Shown: positions 10,090 through 18,446 of the stretch, one piece after another
Layout of the letters: each line of letters starts with the position of its first letter
Position numbering within the stretch: the first letter of the stretch is position 1
From: Minisyncoccia bacterium
GTDB taxonomy: Bacteria; Patescibacteriota; Minisyncoccia; 2-02-FULL-40-12; IGHO2-01-FULL-4-A
Length of the DNA stretch: 40,787 bases
Reading direction: 5' to 3'
NCBI GenBank assembly: GCA_050015375.1
Contig: JBEKBN010000008.1
Span: 1 to 40,787 of the forward strand
Made by a program: the position numbers and the translations under genes
The notes under the pieces: model-generated
The model's input: the letters and a program-made list of their open reading frames with translations, nothing else
The model's database searches: none
What the model was told of the DNA's origin: nothing

Positions 10090-11490
10090 TTAAATCATAT
10101 TCTTGATATCGTCAAGCAGGATACCGTCTATCTTTGAAAAGGAGATGTGGGCACATTTTTCTTTTAAATGATAGAAGGCGCCAACGGATAAGCAGAAATC
10201 CAGCAAAGATTTCGGAGAAACATCCTCGTCTTGCTTACCAGCGAAAATATGGATTTTTTTACCGTTTTTCTTCTCTACATCATTAATGGGATTCATCAAT
10301 TGGCCCGTGGCTAAAAAATGCCAATTTTTGTTTTCAAATCTGTATGCTCCTGTAAATGTTGATTGAAGGAAGTTTCCAAGAGAGCGAACACTGGGAACAC
10401 CCACAAAATCAATTACCGGAGACAAAGCAATAACTTTTTTCACTTCAGACTCGTTAGCCAAAGACAAAGCAACGGCTCCTCCAAAACTAGTTCCAATTAA
10501 AACTATTTGCTCGGTTTTAAAGTCAATTTTGTTTATTTCGATGCCGTTAATTAGAGCTAAGCTCAAACTTTTTATGTCCTTGATCGGAGATTCTTTTAAG
10601 AACTCCCCGCCACTTTCCCAAGTACCCCTATATCGCGGGAAGAAAACGGCATAATCAGTAAACAAAAGTTCGTTCATGAGCTCACGTTGATACGGAATTG
10701 ATGGCAAGCCATCACATAAAACGATTGCTCCCCGTATTTTTCCTTTTGGCAGAAGGTATTCAACAAACATATCATTATATTTCCACCAAAAAGGTTTTTG
10801 GGGTACAAGAGGCCGTTCTTTAGCCAAAGTTAAAACCAAGGAGTATATATTTTCATATATTGGTAAATATTTTGTTATATCATTATCTCTTCCCGTTAAC
10901 ATTAGGTAATCATTATTTGTTAATGTTTCAGGGTGGTGTTTTTTAAATCGATTAATCACGTCATCTTTCGAGTAGACACCATTAAAAAAAAGAACATCCT
11001 GCATTGCAAGAATTATTTTCTTTTTGTGAAAATCATTGCTTTTGTCCTTAGCTCCGACTTGATATCCCAAAAAAAGCTGCCTCGCTCTAAAAACATAATA
11101 TTGAATTTTAGCAACCACATCCCGTCGGACAAAGCGAGCGTTTGGGGCGGATGAGCAAAAAGGATTCACCCCATATAATAAACTTGCATTTTCTAGCACT
11201 TTAGAGATAAAACAGCCGTGGCTATCAAGCGATAATAAGTTAGGATTATCTATCTCATTCTCGTAAACAATCTGCAGGTCAATATAGGCCGCACCACTAA
11301 AAGTATTTTTAATTATCTTTGCGATCGACAAATCAGATAGAATATCCACCTTGTTTTTCAATATCAAGATCACGTCATAATCGTTGAACGTTTCAGTGGT
11401 TATCGAAGAGCCGTATTGCAAAATACCCAGCAGATTACCGCCATATTTGTCACGAGAATAATTTACTAACCGTTCCAATGCCTGATCCAT
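10090..11490 (-). CDS. Fusion of a Pol-beta-type nucleotidyltransferase and an alpha/beta hydrolase
   Basis: N-terminal YGSS..NDYDV and IDLQ; C-terminal PRYRGTWES, GTSFGG nucleophile elbow, GKQDEDV Asp and AH His. Confidence 0.75.
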   Translation of the reverse strand: MDQALERLVNYSRDKYGGNLLGILQYGSSITTETFNDYDVILILKNKVDILSDLSIAKIIKNTFSGAAYIDLQIVYENEIDNPNLLSLDSHGCFISKVLENASLLYGVNPFCSSAPNARFVRRDVVAKIQYYVFRARQLFLGYQVGAKDKSNDFHKKKIILAMQDVLFFNGVYSKDDVINRFKKHHPETLTNNDYLMLTGRDNDITKYLPIYENIYSLVLTLAKERPLVPQKPFWWKYNDMFVEYLLPKGKIRGAIVLCDGLPSIPYQRELMNELLFTDYAVFFPRYRGTWESGGEFLKESPIKDIKSLSLALINGIEINKIDFKTEQIVLIGTSFGGAVALSLANESEVKKVIALSPVIDFVGVPSVRSLGNFLQSTFTGAYRFENKNWHFLATGQLMNPINDVEKKNGKKIHIFAGKQDEDVSPKSLLDFCLSVGAFYHLKEKCAHISFSKIDGILLDDIKNMI

Positions 11491-11551
11491 TGTAGAATCC
11501 TAGACGAACAATAAAAAAGAATCAACTATTTCGAAACAAACAAGTAATTCG

Positions 11552-13180
11552 CTATAAACTTCTGGGCAGTTTGATGCAAAATTTACTGCCTTTGCCGGTG
11601 CCTTCGGATTCGGCCCAGATGTCGCCATGGTTGGCGAGGATGATTTGCTTGGCGATGAAAAGGCCCAGGCCGGTGCCTTCGATTTTGCTGGCGGTGGCCG
11701 AGTCGCGCTGGTATTGCTCGAATAATTTTGGTAATAGTTCGAGGGCGATGCCATGGCCGGTGTCGGTGACGGAAATCAATATTTGGTTGTATTGAAACTC
11801 GCCGATCTCGACTTTTATCCAGCCGGTGTCGGTATACTTGATGGCGTTCTCGACGAGGTTCTGGATTGATTGCCTGACTTTTTGAACATCGACATTGGCC
11901 ATCAGAATTTTCTCCGGTTTGGTGAACTCAAACTGGAGTTTCTTGTTTTCGGCCAGCATCCGGAACTCCCCCACCACATCCGCCACCATGTCGCCGATGT
12001 TGGCTTCCTCAAATTTATATTCCATCACGCCTTCCTCGATCTTCCGCAAGTCCATGATGTTGTTGACCAAGGCGATCATCCGGTCGGCGGAATCCTTAAT
12101 CTTCACCGCCGTGTCTTTAATTTTCTCCGAAACCGGCCCGTATGTGCCGTCGTAAATGAGCGTGGCGTAACCCTTGACCACATTCATCGGCGCCTTGACC
12201 TGATGAGACGCGAACGACAAGAACTGCGATTTCAACTTATCCAAGTCCTTCAATTTTTCATTGGCTTCCTCTAAACTTTTCGTCAGTTTTTCTAATCGTT
12301 CCCTCTGCTCGACTTCTTTCAAAACACTGCGAATAAGAAGAATCCCGAACGAAAGAACCAGCAAAAAGATTCCCGACCTCAAAATTATTGTCGTGATATC
12401 GCTGGATAAGATAACATCAATCAAAGAGACAACTGCCAAAACAAAAGCCAGAATTTCGGTAGTGATAATCTTAACATTGAGAAGGTGGTGTTTAAAAATG
12501 GCATAAGCAGTAAAAACAACGAATGGAAAAGTAAATACTGCACCTAAAGAAATATATCTGGCATCATTAAAAAAGGCCGGCAGAATAAAATTAAAAATAA
12601 TTATTAGAGCAAACATCAAAACAGCGCCCAATGATATATATTTAAGTTGTGTCCTCTCAATTTCTCGACTTTTTGTAAATCTTTTTATGAGAAAAAAGAA
12701 AGAGCCGAGGACCAATCCAACCGCTACCAAACCAAAAATAGCTATACCCGGACCATTCTCAATTTTTAAAATCATTCCACCTGATGAAACCTCAGCGACC
12801 CTTTTAAATACTAGAGGAGTTAAAGTTAAAATGGCAGCAAAAAGAGTAATTGGGAAAAGGACATATTTATACTTTTTATTGAAGGTTGCTTGTTTATTTG
12901 GAAAAACGTAGAAAAACTGAAAAATGAAAAAAGCCTGCCAAACCGCAAGAAAAATAACTAAGCGTTGCAACCAAAAAGCGACCTCGGTCGTTTTGATGTT
13001 ATAAGTGAAATAATTAAATACGCCCCAAATAATACTGATCAGGGAAAAAAATAGGAAAGTTTTGTTTGTAATGCTTTTTCTGTCGTTATAATAAACGATA
13101 AAACCCAAAACAGCTATGCCCGCCGCGGCAATTCCTACAGATAGGAGATCTAGATTAATAAATTCGTTTACCATAATCAC
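11552..13180 (-). CDS. Sensor histidine kinase with a multi-TM (7TM-type) membrane sensor
   Basis: About 9 hydrophobic segments; H-box FASHQVKAP; N-box NLVENAIKY; DTGHGI; GTGLGL. Confidence 0.95.
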   Translation of the reverse strand: MIMVNEFINLDLLSVGIAAAGIAVLGFIVYYNDRKSITNKTFLFFSLISIIWGVFNYFTYNIKTTEVAFWLQRLVIFLAVWQAFFIFQFFYVFPNKQATFNKKYKYVLFPITLFAAILTLTPLVFKRVAEVSSGGMILKIENGPGIAIFGLVAVGLVLGSFFFLIKRFTKSREIERTQLKYISLGAVLMFALIIIFNFILPAFFNDARYISLGAVFTFPFVVFTAYAIFKHHLLNVKIITTEILAFVLAVVSLIDVILSSDITTIILRSGIFLLVLSFGILLIRSVLKEVEQRERLEKLTKSLEEANEKLKDLDKLKSQFLSFASHQVKAPMNVVKGYATLIYDGTYGPVSEKIKDTAVKIKDSADRMIALVNNIMDLRKIEEGVMEYKFEEANIGDMVADVVGEFRMLAENKKLQFEFTKPEKILMANVDVQKVRQSIQNLVENAIKYTDTGWIKVEIGEFQYNQILISVTDTGHGIALELLPKLFEQYQRDSATASKIEGTGLGLFIAKQIILANHGDIWAESEGTGKGSKFCIKLPRSL

Positions 13181-13185
13181 CCCGC

Positions 13186-14262
13186 TTATTTATATAATAC
13201 ATTAGGTGGACGTTTTGACGAATGGGAACTAGGCTGATCCGCATAGCCTATCCTAAAATGTATTGCTATATTTTCAGAATCTACTGAAAATAATTTTCGA
13301 AATTCGTTATAATTTTTGTCTATTATAATTTCATGTTTTTGGCAAAAAGTTCCGGATCCTTCAGTTAAAATACGCTGGGCAGCAAATAATAAAGCCGTAA
13401 CCGGTTGTAAGCTCAATCTATTTTTAGTAGCCGTGAGCCAAACTCGTTGAAAAATACGACCCGCGTTTATGAAATTCTCATCACTGTGCCCATCCATCAA
13501 GATAATCCCCAAAACTGCGCCGGTAGAGTACAGTTTACTGTCTTCGCTAACAATTAATTTTGGCAGACCGAGAACCTTGAAAAATTTCATTAAAGGCCAA
13601 AAACTGGCCAATCGAAAGGCCAATCTTTGAGGGGGACTAAATTCCATAGTTTTCACATAAAGACCTGATTTTTTTAACAGCTCATCCTTTTCAGTCCATA
13701 TGATGTCATGAAATAAAAGATGGTGTAAATGCTCGTCTTCTAAAATAACTTGTTCTATACTTGCAGCGGCTTTACCTATTTGCTTTTTTGAATTATCGTT
13801 GTCTGTTAAACGTATTTCGTATTTGTTACCGAGGTTCATTACGGAAGGAATTGATATAAGTTCGTTGTAAATATCTTTTTCAAGTTTAGAAGAACGATAT
13901 TTTTTTCTATTTGTACATCTTGAAAAAATAAACTCGAAAAGAGAATCTTTCTGTGAAATTGTCTTTTCCAGATTTAGCGATGCGATATGATCAAAAAGAC
14001 CACTTTTGGGAAATAACTTTAATTTTACCGCATAACCATAATTTGAAGATGCAATCAAAATATTTTCAATCAAACAACCATGTGCAATATAGGAACCTCT
14101 TTGGCGATAATTAAGAACGGGATTGTCTTTTTCCGGAAGATTAAATATATCTATTTGATTATTCTCAACCTCAAATCTCCAGGGTTGTGAATTATCTCCT
14201 GATGGCGCAAAAATGCCGGCTTCTATTATTTTAATTATGTCATTATTCACCATTGATACCAA
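13186..14262 (-). CDS. Nitroreductase-family FMN oxidoreductase (Acg/TyzC-like)
   Basis: APSGDNSQPWRF, RCTNRKKY, AGRIFQRVWLTAT, FRIGYA. Confidence 0.88.
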   Translation of the reverse strand: MVSMVNNDIIKIIEAGIFAPSGDNSQPWRFEVENNQIDIFNLPEKDNPVLNYRQRGSYIAHGCLIENILIASSNYGYAVKLKLFPKSGLFDHIASLNLEKTISQKDSLFEFIFSRCTNRKKYRSSKLEKDIYNELISIPSVMNLGNKYEIRLTDNDNSKKQIGKAAASIEQVILEDEHLHHLLFHDIIWTEKDELLKKSGLYVKTMEFSPPQRLAFRLASFWPLMKFFKVLGLPKLIVSEDSKLYSTGAVLGIILMDGHSDENFINAGRIFQRVWLTATKNRLSLQPVTALLFAAQRILTEGSGTFCQKHEIIIDKNYNEFRKLFSVDSENIAIHFRIGYADQPSSHSSKRPPNVLYK

Positions 14263-15406
14263 TTTTTCTTAAAAATTCGCCAGTTCTTTTTTTTCGAAAG
14301 GTGACATTTTTCTTGCTGTGCCAGTCTGATTCCAAAATAGAATCCAAACTAACATCATAAACACCCGATTTAATATTGTTTGTCTTTAAGATTACTTTCC
14401 TGGCCAGATAAGCCAATACTGATCCACAAAGATTAGCTGCGGTACCAAGTTGAGGCCAGGAATATAAAGTTTTCCCGACCTCCATTACAGATTTCTGCAT
14501 GCGAAGGACCGAACGATCAGCACCAACCGTTCTTGCAACAACACTGACCATTTCCCCGTGACCGAGTTTCTTAACCTGTTCAGCGGTCATATTACCCATG
14601 AGACCATTAAATGGTTTTAAATTTTTATCAGTATCGTACCTTTCAATATGAGCAATAACGCCGTCGCCATTATCAGCGGCTGCGATAAGAGGAATCTTGT
14701 ATTTTTTTAAAATTTCTCTTGCCTTGAATTTATAATAGGGGTTATCCATTTCTTCAATAAGAACATCAACCCTGGGCTCACCCAAAATTATTGATTCAAT
14801 ATTTTGTTCAGTAACTCCTTCGGGGTAAATGGATATATTACTATAGGGATTAATTTCATATATTTGTCTTGCCACGGCCCTAACTTTAGAAAGACCAATA
14901 TTCTGAAAACCAACTCGGATCCTATTAGTGTTTGAGCCTGAAATAGTATCTGGATCGGCTAGCCTTAAATTTTTTCCTCCACCCGTAAGGGCAGCTGTTA
15001 TAGCCGCATGGCTACCGACGCTTAAACCCAAAATACCAATAGTTGAGTTGTAAAATATGCCTTGTTCTTCTTTGGTGATCAAATTACAATTTCGACCGGT
15101 GCGAAGTTCTTGATGCATGGCCTCCGGCAAGTAGTGCACGAGTTGGTTATGCCACGGAAAATAAAACCAACTTCCCGAGTCATCGGAATTGCCTTTACCA
15201 AAATGTTCTTGTCGAAATTCGGTTAAATGTTTCTTATAATTATTATCAAAACAGTACCTTGGGTTTTTTATCAAAAAAAGCTCATCAAGCATTTCCAAAT
15301 ATTGGTCAATAATAGCCGTTGGCTTACTTGATTTAATAATTTCTTCAAGTTGTCCCCTTTTTACTAAAACCGGTTTCCAGGAATCCCGGTCAATTATTTC
15401 CTTCAT
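14243..15406 (-). CDS. ThiF/E1-like adenylyltransferase (Rv1355c/TyzB/OxzB-like)
   Basis: RNCNLITKEEQ, GILGLSVG, LADPDTISGSNTNR, INPY, WPQLG. Confidence 0.9.
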   Translation of the reverse strand: MKEIIDRDSWKPVLVKRGQLEEIIKSSKPTAIIDQYLEMLDELFLIKNPRYCFDNNYKKHLTEFRQEHFGKGNSDDSGSWFYFPWHNQLVHYLPEAMHQELRTGRNCNLITKEEQGIFYNSTIGILGLSVGSHAAITAALTGGGKNLRLADPDTISGSNTNRIRVGFQNIGLSKVRAVARQIYEINPYSNISIYPEGVTEQNIESIILGEPRVDVLIEEMDNPYYKFKAREILKKYKIPLIAAADNGDGVIAHIERYDTDKNLKPFNGLMGNMTAEQVKKLGHGEMVSVVARTVGADRSVLRMQKSVMEVGKTLYSWPQLGTAANLCGSVLAYLARKVILKTNNIKSGVYDVSLDSILESDWHSKKNVTFRKKRTGEFLRKIGINGE

Positions 15407-15410
15407 AGAT

Positions 15411-16931
15411 TTATTTCTTTATCCATTTTTGCTTTCCCTTATTACTAAAATACTCTGGGTGTTCATAATCCCAAAAAACAATATGGGGTTTAATTCCAAC
15501 TGGATTTTCCGAATAAGTTTTTCGATATTCTGAATTTTCCGCAATCAAATGCTTTGTTATTTCATGTTCAATTATTTTCTCAAGTTTTTTCGACCCTATC
15601 CTATGAAGTTTAAGCTCAATATTAACTTCAAAAAGTTGATTCGCATTTTGATCACCTTTTACCATCATGGTAAATTTACCGGTTATGTCTTCATGAAATT
15701 TACTTTCAAGCAAAACCCTACGTATGGTTTCGGGATAAATTTGAAACCCATATAAACTTACAGAAAAGTCGCTTCGCTCATAAACATAAACAAAAGGCAA
15801 ACGCCAAATAGTGTCTTCAATTCCCGCTTTTTTTGCCTCTGTTCTAATATCAATTCCAGACTTTTTGATCTTACTCATCATATCTTCGAAACCTATAACC
15901 CCCCCGTTATCTTTTAGGTCATATCGCACAAGAGGAAGCCCAGAAAAAGCTGAACATAACAATTGTCCCCGAACTTCTTCAAAAAAGAACAATTCCGGGT
16001 CGTATTGGCACAGAGTCGGGAGCTTTTTTGTATTTGGGAATATTTGTTTATAAAGAAAACGACTTTGTTTAACCGCAAGCCGTCTGATTAAGATAGCCAA
16101 AGGCGTCTCATATGCGAGCGTGCCCTGATCGACAGTTCCGTAGTGGTTTAATGTGTCTCGGTAGATATTTTTTAATCCGGTTTTTTCAGCAATATAATCT
16201 CGAAATTCCTCGCAAAATCCCTCTGCTGAAAAGATAAATTTCAGGTTATATTTTTTCCAATCGATACCCTGGGCCAATCCTTCATCAATCGCGTCCTTCA
16301 GAAATGGTCCATAGCAACCAATAATAATTTGATCATATTTTTCACCGAATTTTTTCACGGAATTAATTATCTCTTTTTTGTCAACACTAGTGGTAATGAT
16401 ACTCAAAGGATAATTACCCCTCTCAGCAATTATCTTGATGGCTTCATAGGTAAAAAGTCCACCTATCCATATACCCATCGGGAATGCATCAATATAGAGG
16501 GTTGATTTTTTTTGAATATCAAAATTAGTTATAAGATATAATTCTGCCGTACCAGCATATTGAAGATCCTGTACGTTTTCCCGGGGGAAATAAAATGGCT
16601 CACCTGTCGAACCAGAGGTTGCCGATATAACCCACCTTTTCTGTTTAAATTTTCCGTCCCAGCATAGCTCTTCAAGCGGATAATTTCGGAGATAATCAGT
16701 TTTGTCTATTGTAGGAATTTTACGAAAATCATTGAACTTTTTAACACCTTTAGAATTGAAATTTTGTTTATCGAGATAACTTTTATACGCCGGTACCCGC
16801 TTCGCCATTTTGTGGAAAAGTTTGAGAGCCCTCCTTTCTCCGGCTTTGACCCACTTGCTTTCGGGCGCGGTTTTCAGGGTCTTAAGAAGCAAAGCTGGAT
16901 TATCATATTTTTTGGGTAGCAACAAAAACAT
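15411..16931 (-). CDS. Phenylacetate-CoA ligase (PaaK)-like adenylate-forming enzyme
   Basis: RVPAYK, ATSGSTGEP P-loop, HYGTVD, PLVRYDLKD, ERSD, IYPETI. Confidence 0.88.
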   Translation of the reverse strand: MFLLLPKKYDNPALLLKTLKTAPESKWVKAGERRALKLFHKMAKRVPAYKSYLDKQNFNSKGVKKFNDFRKIPTIDKTDYLRNYPLEELCWDGKFKQKRWVISATSGSTGEPFYFPRENVQDLQYAGTAELYLITNFDIQKKSTLYIDAFPMGIWIGGLFTYEAIKIIAERGNYPLSIITTSVDKKEIINSVKKFGEKYDQIIIGCYGPFLKDAIDEGLAQGIDWKKYNLKFIFSAEGFCEEFRDYIAEKTGLKNIYRDTLNHYGTVDQGTLAYETPLAILIRRLAVKQSRFLYKQIFPNTKKLPTLCQYDPELFFFEEVRGQLLCSAFSGLPLVRYDLKDNGGVIGFEDMMSKIKKSGIDIRTEAKKAGIEDTIWRLPFVYVYERSDFSVSLYGFQIYPETIRRVLLESKFHEDITGKFTMMVKGDQNANQLFEVNIELKLHRIGSKKLEKIIEHEITKHLIAENSEYRKTYSENPVGIKPHIVFWDYEHPEYFSNKGKQKWIKK

Positions 16932-16936
16932 AATTT

Positions 16937-18106
16937 TTATTTGAATTGATTAAAAATACTTCTAGCCATTTCATCAGCGACAATATTTGTCGGTTTATTC
17001 TGTCTTTCGCTGGTTTCCAGAATATTTTTCATGTTGTCTTTTATGCAATTCAAACGTTTGTTTATCCTCTGGCTGTCCATGTTGTCATTTTCGTATTCAT
17101 CGGCGACGCTGATAAGTCCGCCGGCATTTATAACATAGTCGGGGGCGTAGATTATTCCTATTTCATGTATTTTCCTTCCAATATCCAAATCAGCAAGTTG
17201 ATTATTCGCGCCACCGGCAATGATCGGTGAACGGATTTTTTTGATAGAGTTGTTGTTTAAGATGAGGCCGATGGCGCAGGGCGAAAAAACATCAACTTTC
17301 TGCTGGTGTATCAGCGAGGGACTAACCATTTTGACTTTCGGGTAAGATGCTTTTAAGGTCTTGATTTTTTCGGGGTAAATATCAGCGGCATATATGGTTT
17401 TAGCGAAAGGATACAGCGCTTTTATCAAAGCCGTGCCTATTTTCCCGACTCCCTGAACGGCGAAACTCCGTCCCGAGATGTCGCCTTTACCGAATGCTTT
17501 TTTCAGGCACTCATTTATTCCCAGCAATAATCCTTTGGCCGTGTATTCTGTCGGGTTGACCTTATTTCCAACGAAATACGGGCTGTATTCGCTCATAATC
17601 CTGACATCCTCTTGTTGTAGGCCGACATCCGTTCCCGTGACAAAACGGCCATTCAGGCAATTTATTTTCTCGGCGTATTTCTTAAGAATTTGGGGACGTT
17701 TGGCGTCAAAGCCGTTTTTTACGGCCGGACAAACAATGACTCCCTTCGCCCCGCCGTATTTCAAGTCGGCAAGAGCCGACTTGAAGGACATAAGCCGGGA
17801 TAATCTCAATGAATCCTCCAGCGCTTCGCGGCCATCCTCGTAATGCCACAATCTGGTCGCGCCAAAAGCCGGATTGAAATATCCCCCGCGATGGATGCTT
17901 ATGTAAGCATCGAGTCCAGTTTTCGAATCGGTCACGTTGGCGGCGAGATTATGGTCGTCAAATTCCGAAAATTTGCTTAACAATTCGGAATCCAGAACAT
18001 GAAACCCGTTTTTTTGAAAAAGCAGATCTTTATATTGCAAGCCAAAATGGCCATTCTTGATAGTTTGGCTTGGGGGAGTGATTTTAATCCCACTTATTTC
18101 GTCCAT
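16937..18106 (-). CDS. Glu/Leu/Phe/Val dehydrogenase (leucine/phenylalanine dehydrogenase-like)
   Basis: PAFGATR, MSFKSALA, GGAKGVI, TGTDVG, VQGVGKIG Rossmann motif, GGANNQL, YAPDYVINAGG. Confidence 0.93.
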   Translation of the reverse strand: MDEISGIKITPPSQTIKNGHFGLQYKDLLFQKNGFHVLDSELLSKFSEFDDHNLAANVTDSKTGLDAYISIHRGGYFNPAFGATRLWHYEDGREALEDSLRLSRLMSFKSALADLKYGGAKGVIVCPAVKNGFDAKRPQILKKYAEKINCLNGRFVTGTDVGLQQEDVRIMSEYSPYFVGNKVNPTEYTAKGLLLGINECLKKAFGKGDISGRSFAVQGVGKIGTALIKALYPFAKTIYAADIYPEKIKTLKASYPKVKMVSPSLIHQQKVDVFSPCAIGLILNNNSIKKIRSPIIAGGANNQLADLDIGRKIHEIGIIYAPDYVINAGGLISVADEYENDNMDSQRINKRLNCIKDNMKNILETSERQNKPTNIVADEMARSIFNQFK

Positions 18107-18202
18107 AATATCGCGCCGAGCATCCTAACGGATAAGGGGCCGAGATTCTATATTTTGAGGAACCAAATCATCGGACTGACAGGAGGAAATTATGAATATT
18201 GG

Positions 18203-18326
18203 TTAAGAAAACAAAAAAACGCTTCTATACTTTGATCAAGTTTTATCCCGATCCCTAGATCATTCCTTACAGTATGTGTATGAAATAAGTTAAGAAGCCG
18301 CAGCTATAACTGAAATATAACAACCT
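18203..18326 (-). promoter_or_regulatory. Conserved 5' leader, copy A (upstream of the dehydrogenase operon)
   Basis: Aligns with 21065-21183; the identical 20-mer AAGTTAAGAAGCCGCAGCTA is at 18287-18306. Confidence 0.75.
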
Positions 18327-18332
18327 GAATCA

Positions 18333-18362
18333 ATTATATCACATTTTTAAGTTAGATTACAA
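18333..18362 (-). promoter_or_regulatory. Sigma70 promoter with extended -10 for the dehydrogenase-to-kinase operon
   Basis: On the minus strand, TTGTAA-N18-TATAAT with TGnTATAAT. Confidence 0.7.
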
Positions 18363-18412
18363 ACGGTCGGCGGATATAGGAAAACGGCAGTTAAAACTAA
18401 AAATGATTAGTT

Positions 18413-18442
18413 AAAAAAACGGGGAAACTGATGTTTCCCCGT
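18413..18442 (-). terminator. Intrinsic terminator after the ABC transporter
   Basis: 10-bp stem ACGGGGAAAC/GTTTCCCCGT followed by a T-run on the minus strand. Confidence 0.85.
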
Positions 18443-18446
18443 AAAA

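Noticed and set aside
10090-11490. CD-NTase (CBASS) call for the nucleotidyltransferase
   Set aside because: The NTase domain is of the short minimal type and I cannot see cGAS/DncV-specific features; a profile search would be needed.
14243-15406. ThiF as a thiamine/molybdopterin enzyme, RiPP maturase or CBASS E1
   Set aside because: No ThiS/MoaD carrier, precursor peptide, E2/JAB or cyclase nearby; the motifs and nitroreductase partner fit the Rv1355c/TyzB type.
15411-16931. Phenylacetate catabolic (paa) pathway
   Set aside because: No paaABCDE, paaG or paaZ genes; the context points to biosynthesis or signalling.
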